A DNA stretch of 62,972 bases from Candidatus Microgenomatus auricola (lineage in GTDB: Bacteria; Patescibacteriota; Patescibacteriia; SBBC01): positions 1-62,972 of the forward strand of contig SBBC01000020.1 in NCBI GenBank assembly GCA_005239865.1, in the 5' to 3' direction. The first letter of the stretch is position 1. Each line of letters opens with the position of its first letter. The notes beneath the pieces are model-generated. The model saw only the letters and a program-made list of their open reading frames with translations. It was not told where the DNA came from and did no database searches. The translations under genes and the position numbers were made by a program. Positions 10,627 to 19,835 of this stretch are shown piece by piece.

Positions 10627-10655
10627 TTGACGGAGGGTCGCAATGATGCTATACT
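10627..10655 (+). promoter_or_regulatory. sigma70-like promoter candidate (TTGACG-17-TATACT)
   Basis: TTGACG at 10627-10632, a 17-nt spacer, TATACT at 10650-10655. GAGGAG and the ATG of ORF 10665 follow immediately. Confidence 0.4.
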
Positions 10656-10664
10656 TGAGGAGTA

Positions 10665-11036
10665 ATGGAGCGAACGCCAATGGGCAATCATTACCTTGAT
10701 GCATTTTTCTCCGGCGACGGCGACCTGCGGGTGTTGACCGCCTGCCCGTTTTGCAATACGGCGTACTCAATTCGCGCCGCCCGCGTCCTCGCCCAGAAGG
10801 ACGATGCGCATGTCGTCCACATCGAATGCCGAAATTGCGGCGGATCGATTGTGGCCCTGATTCTGTCTGGCGGCGTCGGCATGCAGTCCGTCGGCGTGGT
10901 GACCGATCTCAATCGTGACGAGGTGGTGAAATATTCTGCCGCCCATCGCATCAGTGCCGACGACATATTGGATCTCCATCGCGTCCTCAATTCCGAGACG
11001 TCGCAATCCTCACTTCTTTCTCGCCGCACTGCCTAA
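10665..11036 (+). CDS. zinc-ribbon-like protein, unknown function
   Basis: 123 aa with CPFC...CRNC cysteine pairs. Placed between the promoter candidate and rplY. Confidence 0.5.
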   Translation: MERTPMGNHYLDAFFSGDGDLRVLTACPFCNTAYSIRAARVLAQKDDAHVVHIECRNCGGSIVALILSGGVGMQSVGVVTDLNRDEVVKYSAAHRISADDILDLHRVLNSETSQSSLLSRRTA

Positions 11037-11043
11037 CGACCGT

Positions 11044-11757
11044 ATGTCCGCGTTCACAATTCAAGCCCAGCCGCGCGGCGCGCTGGGGAAGAAGACGAAA
11101 GCCCTGCGAAAATCAGGGACGCTCCCGGCGGTCCTCTATGGACACGGGGTGGCTTCGCGTCCCCTGACCGTCCGCGGCAACGACTTTCTCCGAGTTTACC
11201 GGGCGGCCGGCGCGAGTACGCTTGTCAATTTGGTCGTGGACGGCGAGCCGCCGGTCAAGGTCATTATCCAGGACGTCCAGCGCCATCCGGTTTCCGGGCA
11301 GCCGCTCCATGTCGATTTACACCAGGTGCGGATGACTGAAAAGATTCATGCCGACATACCCTTGAAGTTCAGCGGTGAGGCACCAGCAGTCAAAGAGCTC
11401 GGCGGCGTATTCTTGAAAAACCTCGATCACCTCAAGGTAGAAGCGTTGCCAGGCGACCTTATCCACGAGATCGTTGTTGATGTGGCCAAACTCAAAACAT
11501 TTGCAGACATGATTCACGTGCGCGACGTCGTCATGCCGCCGGGGATCACGGCCCTCGACAAAGCCGAGGAAGTCGTCTGTCTCGTGACCGAACCGCGGAG
11601 CGAGCAGGAATTGGCCGAACTTGAGACGACGGTCGAGGAGAAGGTCGAAGAGGTGGAGGGCGTGAAGAAGGAGGAAGTGGCGGCCGAAGCAAAGGTTGAA
11701 GCGGTTGAGCCGGCACCAGCCCCAGCCAAGGAGCAGGGCGATGGTAAAAAAGAATAA
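11044..11757 (+). CDS. rplY: 50S ribosomal protein L25 (Ctc form)
   Basis: MSAFTIQAQPRG...LRKSGTLPAVLYGHG N-terminus and an acidic C-terminal extension. The longer ORF from 10954 overlaps the upstream gene. Confidence 0.9.
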   Translation: MSAFTIQAQPRGALGKKTKALRKSGTLPAVLYGHGVASRPLTVRGNDFLRVYRAAGASTLVNLVVDGEPPVKVIIQDVQRHPVSGQPLHVDLHQVRMTEKIHADIPLKFSGEAPAVKELGGVFLKNLDHLKVEALPGDLIHEIVVDVAKLKTFADMIHVRDVVMPPGITALDKAEEVVCLVTEPRSEQELAELETTVEEKVEEVEGVKKEEVAAEAKVEAVEPAPAPAKEQGDGKKE

Positions 11758-12982
11758 GCGCGACGACCGCGAGGAAATAGTCAAGGCTCTGTCTGAAGCC
11801 GAGCAGGGCGAGGATGAAGCGGATGTGGTTGAGGTCGCGCCGAAGAGTCAGGCCGCGCCGGTTGCTCAAACCGGCAAGAAGGGCGGTCGGACGACGCCGG
11901 CCGAAACGACACGGTCGGCCAAAGCCGTATCACCATCACGGAAGAAGATTGTGGTCATCTTGACGGTCAGCGGCGCAGTGTTGCTGGCCATCGCGGTGGC
12001 CGGGTATTATCTGTTGAACCCGGCAACTCCCGGCACAAACGACGGCCCCGTCAATGACGGCGGCAGTGCTGACCTGCGCGTCGCGCGTCGAATCGACGGC
12101 GTCCTCGACGATACCGACGATCAGAACAAGTACCCGATTGGTATCATGGTTGAAAATCATACGGCTTCCCGTCCGCAATCCGGCCTGGACAAAGCGAACG
12201 TTGTGTTTGAGGCTTTAGCCGAAGGCGGGATTACTCGGTTTCTGGCGATCTATACATTGACCGACCCGGTCGAGGAAATTGGTCCTGTGCGTTCGGCTCG
12301 ACCTTACTACGTGGATTGGGCGCGCGGCTATAACGCGATGTATACGCACATTGGCGGGAGTCCGAAAGCGCTCGAGCGCATCGCGACGACGAACACTCTC
12401 GACCTCAATCAGTTTTTCAACAGTCAATATTTCTATCGTGACAAATCGCGTGAGGTGGCCAGCGAACACACGCTCTACACCAACGGTCGGCTGATGACGT
12501 TGGCCCTCCTCGATAAGAAGATACCAGCTTCAGGATCATACGAGGGTTGGGTGTTTAAGGCCCCGTCGCCGCCGGCCGAACGTCCGTCGAGCCAGCACCT
12601 GACCATCAATTATTCAACGTTCAGCTACAAGGTTGATTACGAATACGACCCGGTGGAAAACGACTATGTCCGTTCGCAGGCGGAACAACCGCACGTCATG
12701 CGCGACGGTACGCCGATTCGGCCGAAGAACGTCGTCGTCTTGACGGTCAAGCGACGGCTGGAACAGCCAGCGGACGGCAAAGGGCGATTAGAAATGGACA
12801 CCACCGGTGAAGGATCAGCGCGGTATTTTCTTGACGGGCAGGAAACGAAGGGGACGTGGAAGAAGGCATCGCCGTCGGAACAGGTGCGATTTTTCCTGGC
12901 CGACGGCAGCCAGCTGAAGCTCAACGCCGGTCAAACCTGGATCGAGATCGTCCCGCCCGAGCAGGAGGTCAGCGTGCGCTGA
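11741..12982 (+). CDS. DUF3048 domain protein (membrane-anchored)
   Basis: TM helix, then NVVFEALAEGGITRFLAIY and GPVRSARPYYVDWA blocks typical of DUF3048. Start MVKKNK at 11741 overlaps the rplY end. Confidence 0.8.
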   Translation: MVKKNKRDDREEIVKALSEAEQGEDEADVVEVAPKSQAAPVAQTGKKGGRTTPAETTRSAKAVSPSRKKIVVILTVSGAVLLAIAVAGYYLLNPATPGTNDGPVNDGGSADLRVARRIDGVLDDTDDQNKYPIGIMVENHTASRPQSGLDKANVVFEALAEGGITRFLAIYTLTDPVEEIGPVRSARPYYVDWARGYNAMYTHIGGSPKALERIATTNTLDLNQFFNSQYFYRDKSREVASEHTLYTNGRLMTLALLDKKIPASGSYEGWVFKAPSPPAERPSSQHLTINYSTFSYKVDYEYDPVENDYVRSQAEQPHVMRDGTPIRPKNVVVLTVKRRLEQPADGKGRLEMDTTGEGSARYFLDGQETKGTWKKASPSEQVRFFLADGSQLKLNAGQTWIEIVPPEQEVSVR

Positions 12983-13010
12983 CGGCTGACCGCTCGTTCA
13001 TTCGCATCAC

Positions 13011-14117
13011 ATGAAAACAAACACCAATTTCATTTCTCACTCATCGTTTGCGCCAACCTTTCTCGGCCTCTCGGTCATGGTCGCCGGCGCATTGTTGGCG
13101 AGCGCGCTGTTTGTGCAAACAGTTGAGGGTTGGCAGACGTTCATGCAGCCGCCGACCTCGGTGCTCGGGGCTGGCCGCGCGACGCCGGAGAAACCGAGCG
13201 TGGCGCCGCTGACGTTCACTCGACGCCTCGACGGCGTGGTCGTTGATACGCTCGCCGAAGCGGACGCAGTGCCGGTGGCGGTAGTGATTGAGAACATGGC
13301 GAGTACGCGCCCGCAATCAGGTTTGGGGAAAGCGCGAGTGGTGTACGAGACCTTGGTCGAAGGCGGCATTACGCGTTTTTTGGCGTTGTTTTTGCCTGAT
13401 GCCGGCATCGAGAAGATCGGTCCGGTCCGGTCGGCTCGGCACTACTTCGTTGATTGGGCCGAGGAATACGGATCGCCGTTCGTCCATGCTGGCGGATCGC
13501 CGCAGGGTTTAAGTCAAATCGCGCATGATCAAGTCCCGGACGTCAATGGCATTGGCCATGCCTGGCAGTACTTCTGGCGTGATCGGGCGGTGGCGGCGCC
13601 GCACAACCTGTTCACGAACAGCGCGCAGCTACAGCGGGCCGCGCTGGAGATGCATGTACCGACGCAGGCCAACTTCAAGGCTTGGGCGTTTGTTGACGGC
13701 GCGCCGCCAAATCCTGGCGGACGGCTCACCGCGAGCGTCAAGATTGACCTGGCCGGTGCGGCCTACGACATCCGCTTTGACTACGATGCCGCCACCAACA
13801 CCTACGGCCGGTTCAACGGTGGGCAGCCCCATCGTGATCGAGGCACGGATGAGCAACTTCACGTTGAGAACGTCATCGTCCAATTCGTCAAGCCGCCGAC
13901 GTCGCTCGGAGCGAACGGGAGGATTGATCTGACCACCGAAGGCGATGGTCGGGTCGTGATTTTTCGAAACGGCAGCGTTCAGGAAGGTACCTGGAAGAAG
14001 TCCGGCCGGGCCGAACGGACGCAGTGGTTGAACCATGACGGGTCGGTCCTGGCCCTTAACCGCGGGGCGACGTGGATCGTCGTCGTTCCACACGATCGGT
14101 CCGTCACGTGGGAGTGA
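13011..14117 (+). CDS. DUF3048 domain protein (paralog)
   Basis: VVYETLVEGGITRFLALF and GPVRSARHYFVDWA. Same architecture as the upstream gene. Confidence 0.8.
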   Translation: MKTNTNFISHSSFAPTFLGLSVMVAGALLASALFVQTVEGWQTFMQPPTSVLGAGRATPEKPSVAPLTFTRRLDGVVVDTLAEADAVPVAVVIENMASTRPQSGLGKARVVYETLVEGGITRFLALFLPDAGIEKIGPVRSARHYFVDWAEEYGSPFVHAGGSPQGLSQIAHDQVPDVNGIGHAWQYFWRDRAVAAPHNLFTNSAQLQRAALEMHVPTQANFKAWAFVDGAPPNPGGRLTASVKIDLAGAAYDIRFDYDAATNTYGRFNGGQPHRDRGTDEQLHVENVIVQFVKPPTSLGANGRIDLTTEGDGRVVIFRNGSVQEGTWKKSGRAERTQWLNHDGSVLALNRGATWIVVVPHDRSVTWE

Positions 14118-14118
14118 C

Positions 14119-14940
14119 ATGCGCCCACGCCTCGTCGTCATCGACCTCGACGAAACCCTGGTCGGTAGGGATCTGAAGATTTCCCGGGCGAATCAGCGGG
14201 CCATCGCCGCGGTGCAGCGGCAGGGTACGAAAGTTACGATTGCGACCGGTCGAACGTTCACAACGACGCGCCCGTTTGCGGAGAAACTCGGTCTTGACCA
14301 GCCCATCATTTGCTACCAGGGAGCAGTTGTTCGAACGGCGCGAAGGATCTTGCGGCTCCGTCGTCTTGACCCCGCGTTTCCTCGTTCGCTCATCCGTTAC
14401 GGGTTCCATGAACGGACACAGATCGCCGTCTACACCAACGAGCAGGTCTTTTTTCACAAACCCCTGTCGCATTGGGGCAAAGAGTACTTGAACCAAATCG
14501 AACAGGTCAAGGAGATCAACTTGGTTGACCTTCGCGCCTACGCTTTCCCCAGTCCGATCCTCAAAGTCATGTATATCAGCAACGCCCGAAAAATGGTTGG
14601 CCTCGAGGCGCGGGCCAAGCGCCGGTTCGGGGACGACATGGCCATCACCCGCTCCCGCGCCAACCTCCTCGAGTTCACCAACCGCCAAGCGTCAAAAGGC
14701 GAAGCGCTCGCCTACCTCGCCCGGTGGCTCAAGATTCCGCTCCGGCGGACCATGGCGATCGGCGACGGCTACAATGACATTTCGATGTTCCGAACCGCGG
14801 GCTTCAGTGTTGCAGTTGCCAACGCGCCAGCGGCGGTGGAAGCGGCGGCTGACGCCGTGACCGAGAGTCACTACCGAGACGGCGTGGCAATGGCGCTTGA
14901 GGCATTTGTGCTGCATCGCGGTAAGCCGCTGGCGTCATGA
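14119..14940 (+). CDS. HAD-superfamily Cof-type phosphatase
   Basis: Motif I VVIDLDETL and motif IV IGDGYNDISMF. Start MRPRLVV at 14119, directly after the DUF3048 stop. Confidence 0.85.
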   Translation: MRPRLVVIDLDETLVGRDLKISRANQRAIAAVQRQGTKVTIATGRTFTTTRPFAEKLGLDQPIICYQGAVVRTARRILRLRRLDPAFPRSLIRYGFHERTQIAVYTNEQVFFHKPLSHWGKEYLNQIEQVKEINLVDLRAYAFPSPILKVMYISNARKMVGLEARAKRRFGDDMAITRSRANLLEFTNRQASKGEALAYLARWLKIPLRRTMAIGDGYNDISMFRTAGFSVAVANAPAAVEAAADAVTESHYRDGVAMALEAFVLHRGKPLAS

Positions 14941-15715
14941 TGACGACCCGAGGCCAACCGGCGAGATCGCGCTGAATCGTCAGGGTTGCCCGCCAGAACG
15001 TCATGTGTGCGAGGGCGATGACGTCGGGCGCCCGGCGGGGGTCGATTTCGAGGATGAGCGTCGGCGTCATCCCGGCTGTTTGGAGTTGACGAAAGAATTT
15101 CCTGAAGACGGCCAGTCCGTCTCGACCGCCGACAATGGCGGATTTGGGCTCGGCGCGAACAGCGCGGTATTCTTCAGGAGTGGCGTAGGGAAGGTTGGCA
15201 ACAATCAGGTCAGGGATGAGGCGATCGTTGCGGAGAGGAGTGAGCAGATGGCCGGTCCGGAAACGAATACGCTGGAGAAGGTGGTACCGCTTCGCGTTGA
15301 CCTTAGCAAAATGGAGGGCGTGGCTTGACCGGTCAGTGGCGATCAGCCGGATGTTTGGTCGCTCCATCGCGAGGGTAATCGCGATGCAGCCGGAACCGGT
15401 ACCGATGTCAGCCACGGTCATGGTGGAACGTTCGGGAATGATCTTGAGGGCGGCTTCAATCAGGTGCTCGGTTTCCGGACGCGGCACGAGGACACCCCGT
15501 CCGACGGTGAACGATCGCCCGTAAAATTCTTTCGTCCGCGTGAGATAGGCCAGGGGTTCGCCTGCGCCTCGCCGACGGAGTAGCCGGTTGAGAGCACGAC
15601 TTTGGCGTGGCGTCAGCGAATGTTCGGGGTGAGCCAGTACCCAGGCCCGGTTTTTCCCGAGAACATGGGCGGTCAGGAGCTCGCGCTCGGGTGGTGGAAG
15701 GGAGGTTTCAGACAT
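14804..15715 (-). CDS. prmC: release-factor glutamine N5-methyltransferase
   Basis: SAM motif DIGTGSGCIAI and substrate motif NLPY (an NPPY variant). Lies downstream of prfA. The non-conserved C-terminal tail overlaps the convergent HAD gene by 137 bp. Confidence 0.85.
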   Translation of the reverse strand: MSETSLPPPERELLTAHVLGKNRAWVLAHPEHSLTPRQSRALNRLLRRRGAGEPLAYLTRTKEFYGRSFTVGRGVLVPRPETEHLIEAALKIIPERSTMTVADIGTGSGCIAITLAMERPNIRLIATDRSSHALHFAKVNAKRYHLLQRIRFRTGHLLTPLRNDRLIPDLIVANLPYATPEEYRAVRAEPKSAIVGGRDGLAVFRKFFRQLQTAGMTPTLILEIDPRRAPDVIALAHMTFWRATLTIQRDLAGWPRVVIMTPAAYRDAAQMPQAPLPRRLGSDSRSRRQPPLPPPLARWQLQH

Positions 15716-16745
15716 GCGACGTCCAGGTGACGAAAGCATAGAGCCAGGCGATCTGGACGGAGAAACTTAAGACAACCGCGATCAGTCGTGGGACGGGTTT
15801 CCATCGGGCGATGAGCATCGGAACGAGGAAGACGGGAAGGAGGTAGCGGGAAAGCGACATCCATGCTCCGCTCACCACCGCGACCAACATCAGAGTCAGC
15901 GAGGTCACGGCGAACCAGCGTTCGGTTCTCCAGAAGGCCTGAATCGCAATCCCCGCCAGGACAAGGTGGACGAAATGGGCGAGGAGCTGGAGTGCTCGAA
16001 GGGCGAGGGAGACGTTGTAGTGCGTTAAGTAGAGAAATCCGACTTGCCAAAAAGGTACGCCAGCGTAGATGGTAAACCCCTGCTGGGCCATTAGGAATCG
16101 TGACACCAGGCCGCTGGAAATAACGTAGACAGCAGTCAACACCATCAGGGTGATGGCCGCAGCGTGCCTGGCCTGTCGCGGCCGTCGGAGCAGAATGAGA
16201 AGCGCTATGAGGAAGAGGACACTACCGGTTGGATGCGTCAGGGCAGCCATACTACCGGAAACGCCGATGAGCAGTGGACGGCGCTCTTTAACGCCCAGCC
16301 AGGTGAGGAGCGTGAAAAGAACAAGCAGGGCCACGGGGTAGGGAGCGAGGAGGACGAAGCTCGTCGGAAGCGCGAGGAACGCAAGCGTCGGCCATTCAAG
16401 TGATGTGTCCTCGGTGGTGAAGCGTCGGAGGAGGGACGAGAAGAGGAAAACGTCGAGGAGTGTGACCAGGCTGTTGAGGACGCCGCTGACTGTTCCAAAC
16501 GACCAGCCGGAGATCGTCATTCCCGAACGGACGAGTGTCGGGAAGAGCGGAAAGAATGCGTCCCGTCGCTCGGCTGAAGCGTCGCCACCGGCAAGGGCAC
16601 GGTAGAAATTCGCATCCCAGCGATCGAGTGGGTTGCCTGAAGCCGGCGGTGGGCTCCCCGGTGCAGCCGGCGCGCGAGCGAAGAGAAGGGCAGCCGTCCA
16701 GACCACGAGCATCCAGACCGCGGCGATGAACAGCACGCGTTTCAT
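15708..16745 (-). CDS. polytopic membrane protein, GT-C/PIG-V-like mannosyltransferase candidate
   Basis: 345 aa, about 9 TM helices. N-terminal WDANFY...FFPLFP block resembles GT-C glycosyltransferases. Stop/start overlaps with prfA and prmC. Confidence 0.55.
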   Translation of the reverse strand: MKRVLFIAAVWMLVVWTAALLFARAPAAPGSPPPASGNPLDRWDANFYRALAGGDASAERRDAFFPLFPTLVRSGMTISGWSFGTVSGVLNSLVTLLDVFLFSSLLRRFTTEDTSLEWPTLAFLALPTSFVLLAPYPVALLVLFTLLTWLGVKERRPLLIGVSGSMAALTHPTGSVLFLIALLILLRRPRQARHAAAITLMVLTAVYVISSGLVSRFLMAQQGFTIYAGVPFWQVGFLYLTHYNVSLALRALQLLAHFVHLVLAGIAIQAFWRTERWFAVTSLTLMLVAVVSGAWMSLSRYLLPVFLVPMLIARWKPVPRLIAVVLSFSVQIAWLYAFVTWTSHV

Positions 16746-17824
16746 CAGCGGGCGTGTTCGCCAGCGAGCCTCTTCTCTTCCGCTTGTAGGCGTTTGACGA
16801 TCGGATCGAGATCGCCGTTAATGATTTTTGCGAGACCATGAAAACTTTCCCTCAAGCGGTGGTCAGTCAGGCGATCCTGCGGGAAGTTGTAGGTCCGAAT
16901 TTTTTCTGCCCGCTTGCCACCCCCAATTAGGGATTTGCGCGTGGCCGATGCCTGGCTTTGACGTCGCTCCTGCTGGTGGGCGAGAAGGCGGGCGCGCAGA
17001 ATCCGCAAGGCTTTCTCGCGATTCTGTGTTTGACTGCGTTCGTCCTGACAATTGACGATGATGCCGGTCGGTTTGTGGAGGACGCGGATCGCCGAGTAGG
17101 TCGTATTGACTGACTGTCCACCGTGACCGCGCGCGGTCGAAGCGGTGATGTCGAGGTCCTTCGGGTCGATCGTCAACTCCACCTCATCCGCTTCCGGCAG
17201 GACCACGACGGTCACGGTTGAGGTATGGACACGCCCCGATTTCTCGGTCACCGGCACGCGTTGCACACGATGGACGCCGCTCTCGAACTTCAGATAACGG
17301 TAGATCGGACCCCCGCTCAATTCAACAATGACCTCTTTGAATCCGCCGAGCGGCGTTGGCGATTCGCTGATGAGTTGGGATCTCCAGCCGTTTCGTTCGG
17401 CGTAACGAAGGTACATCCGGAAGAGTTCGGCGGCAAACAGCGCTGCCTCGCCGCCGCCAGCCCCGCTTCGAATCTCGATGACCACGTCTTTCCGATCGTT
17501 CGGATGAGGCGGATGGAGACCTGCGTTGAGGCGGTCACGAAGGGATTGGGCTTGTTCGGTTAAGGCCGCGAGCTCGCGTTCAGCTAAGACCCGGAGATCA
17601 TCATCGCTCGTTGTTTTTAGCTCACGTGCGGTCGCGGTCCGGGCCCGATCGACGAGCTCGAGTTCACGATGGAGACGGAGCAGACCATCGAGCTCTCGAT
17701 ACTCGCGCCCTAGCAGCGCAAAACGGTCCCGCGCGGCGATGACGGCGGGATCCTGGAGGAGACTTTGGAGTTCCTCGAATCGTTGCTGGGCGCGTCGAAT
17801 ATCTTCATTCATAGGCGTCGCCAT
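16745..17824 (-). CDS. prfA: peptide chain release factor 1
   Basis: GGQ motif (RGHGGQSVNTT) and PVT tripeptide (RF1 type). Start MATPMNEDI at 17824, because the longer ORF runs into rpmE. Confidence 0.95.
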   Translation of the reverse strand: MATPMNEDIRRAQQRFEELQSLLQDPAVIAARDRFALLGREYRELDGLLRLHRELELVDRARTATARELKTTSDDDLRVLAERELAALTEQAQSLRDRLNAGLHPPHPNDRKDVVIEIRSGAGGGEAALFAAELFRMYLRYAERNGWRSQLISESPTPLGGFKEVIVELSGGPIYRYLKFESGVHRVQRVPVTEKSGRVHTSTVTVVVLPEADEVELTIDPKDLDITASTARGHGGQSVNTTYSAIRVLHKPTGIIVNCQDERSQTQNREKALRILRARLLAHQQERRQSQASATRKSLIGGGKRAEKIRTYNFPQDRLTDHRLRESFHGLAKIINGDLDPIVKRLQAEEKRLAGEHAR

Positions 17825-17861
17825 ACCGTCCGGAGAAAACTCCTGGCGGTGCAGGTGATGG

Positions 17862-18110
17862 TTAACGGGCGGCGCTCTTTTTCGAGCGGGTCGGCCGAGC
17901 GGTCGCTCGTCGACTGACGATGCGCTTGAATCTTTCGACGCGTCCGGCGGTATCAACCAGGTGTTGGACGCCGGTATAGAAGGGGTGGCACTGCGAACAG
18001 ATTTCCACCCGCATCTCCTTGACGGTTGATCCGGTGTGCATGATCGAACCACAGGTCGAACAGACGATCGTGGCTGGCTCAAAGTACTGGGGATGGATGT
18101 CGGGTTTCAT
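17862..18110 (-). CDS. rpmE: 50S ribosomal protein L31
   Basis: [12 protein letters not shown]...CSTCGS...HPFYTG, with a basic C-terminal extension. Confidence 0.9.
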   Translation of the reverse strand: MKPDIHPQYFEPATIVCSTCGSIMHTGSTVKEMRVEICSQCHPFYTGVQHLVDTAGRVERFKRIVSRRATARPTRSKKSAAR

Positions 18111-18421
18111 GTGGTTGAGGGGGCGGTGATCATCAAGCGTTATGAGTGTAGCACGCGGTTTCGATTTTCGCAAGGGCTTGCTGAATTTCCTGGGGTATGG
18201 TATGGTGGTTTTCTGCTGGACGGTGGTTGTTTCGCATGACATAATTTCAGCGGGGCTCAATCATTATCACCCATACCTCCGGACGCTCTCCGGTCCTGCC
18301 CAGCACCTTCTTTGTCCACGGTCGAACTGGCAATTTGGTAGCCCGCGAGGGGTGCGGACAAAGAAGGTGTTGGGTCTCGGTAGCGGTTGATGGAGGTAGA
18401 GGAGAAAGGACGTCAGACCTT

Positions 18422-19249
18422 ATGCGCGAACTTTCGTTAGTCGAATTGTTAAAGGCGGGTGTGCATTTTGGGCACCAGGTTTCCCGCTGGCACCCAAAGA
18501 TGCGTCCGTTCATTTTCTCGTCGCGCGGCGGCGTCTATATCATCGACCTCGAGAAAACGAGTGAGCAGCTCAAGCGCGCGCAATCGTTCGTCCACGACGT
18601 TGGCGCTAAAGGCGGAATCATCCTCTACGTCGGGACGAAACGTCAGGCCCGGTCGGCCATGCAAACCGCGGCCATGAGCGTCGGGATGCCGTACGTAGTC
18701 GAACGCTGGCTCGGCGGAACATTCACCAACTTCCCGACCATCATGAAGATGACGAAACGCCTGGCCCAGCTGAAGCAAGAACGGGCCCAAGGGACCCATG
18801 AGAAGTACACCAAGAAAGAGCAGTTGACGTTCAATGAGGAGATCGAACGGCTCGAACGCCTGATCGGCGGCATCGAGCACTTGACCCGGTTGCCGGACGC
18901 CGTCTTCATCGTCGATCTCAAAGAGGAGAAAATCGCCGTGCGGGAGGCGATGAAGGTGCGCGTGCCGATTGTTGCGCTCGTTGACACGAACATCAGCCCG
19001 GAGGGGATCGCCTATCCAATTCCGGCGAATGACGACGCGACGAAATCGATCCAGATCATGACCGCGGCCGTGACTGAAGCGTTCGCCGACGGTAAGAAGC
19101 TCTCGGACGCGCGCGCGGCTGAACAAGCGGCGGAGAAAACCGAGTCAGAAAAAGCCGCCCCCAATAACCCCCCGGCCCTGGCCACCGGGCGGGAGGTTGA
19201 GGCGATGTCCGAGAAGCTTCAGGCAGTGCCAAAGGAAGAGTCCGTATGA
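18422..19249 (+). CDS. rpsB: 30S ribosomal protein S2
   Basis: LLKAGVHFGHQVSRWHPKMRPFIF and VDLEKT blocks. Start MRELSLVE at 18422. Confidence 0.95.
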   Translation: MRELSLVELLKAGVHFGHQVSRWHPKMRPFIFSSRGGVYIIDLEKTSEQLKRAQSFVHDVGAKGGIILYVGTKRQARSAMQTAAMSVGMPYVVERWLGGTFTNFPTIMKMTKRLAQLKQERAQGTHEKYTKKEQLTFNEEIERLERLIGGIEHLTRLPDAVFIVDLKEEKIAVREAMKVRVPIVALVDTNISPEGIAYPIPANDDATKSIQIMTAAVTEAFADGKKLSDARAAEQAAEKTESEKAAPNNPPALATGREVEAMSEKLQAVPKEESV

Positions 19250-19833
19250 GGCCATTTTCGATTCATGAGGTGCAGAAGCTTCGTGAACGTACCGGCGTTG
19301 GTATTTTGACGGCGAAGAAGGCGCTGGAGGAGTCGGGCGGCGATCTTGAGCAGGCCGTTGATCTGCTGCGGAAGTCCGGGGAGAAGGTCGCGGCTAGCAA
19401 ATCCTCGCGGGCGACGCGGGAGGGGTCGATCGGACATTACATCCATGCCAACGGCAAGGTAGCGGCGCTGGTGGTGGTGGTGTGCGAGACCGATTTCGTT
19501 GCCCGGAGTACGCCGTTCCAAGACCTCGTTCACGATCTGGCGCTCCAGGTAGCGGCGATGAATCCGATCTACGTCAAACCGGAAGACGTTCCGGCCGACG
19601 TCTTGAAGAAGGAACAAGCGATCTACGAGGAACAAATCGGCGCAAAGAAGCCGGCGAAGGTTAGACAGCAGATAGTCGAGGGGAAACTTGAGAAATTCTT
19701 CGAGGAAACATGTCTCCTTCGGCAGCGCTTCGTGAAAGATGATTCACGGACCATTCACGACCTCATCACCGGGACAGTTCAGAAACTTGGAGAAAACATT
19801 CAAGTTCGGGAATTTATTCGTTTTCAGATATAA
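19246..19833 (+). CDS. tsf: elongation factor Ts (short form)
   Basis: N-terminal UBA-like VQKLRERTGVGILTAKKALEESGGDLEQAVDLLRKSG. ATGA overlap with rpsB. Confidence 0.9.
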   Translation: MRPFSIHEVQKLRERTGVGILTAKKALEESGGDLEQAVDLLRKSGEKVAASKSSRATREGSIGHYIHANGKVAALVVVVCETDFVARSTPFQDLVHDLALQVAAMNPIYVKPEDVPADVLKKEQAIYEEQIGAKKPAKVRQQIVEGKLEKFFEETCLLRQRFVKDDSRTIHDLITGTVQKLGENIQVREFIRFQI

Positions 19834-19835
19834 CC

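Noticed and set aside
18449-19126. 225-aa ORF on the minus strand
   Set aside because: It lies antisense to rpsB and is a shadow frame.
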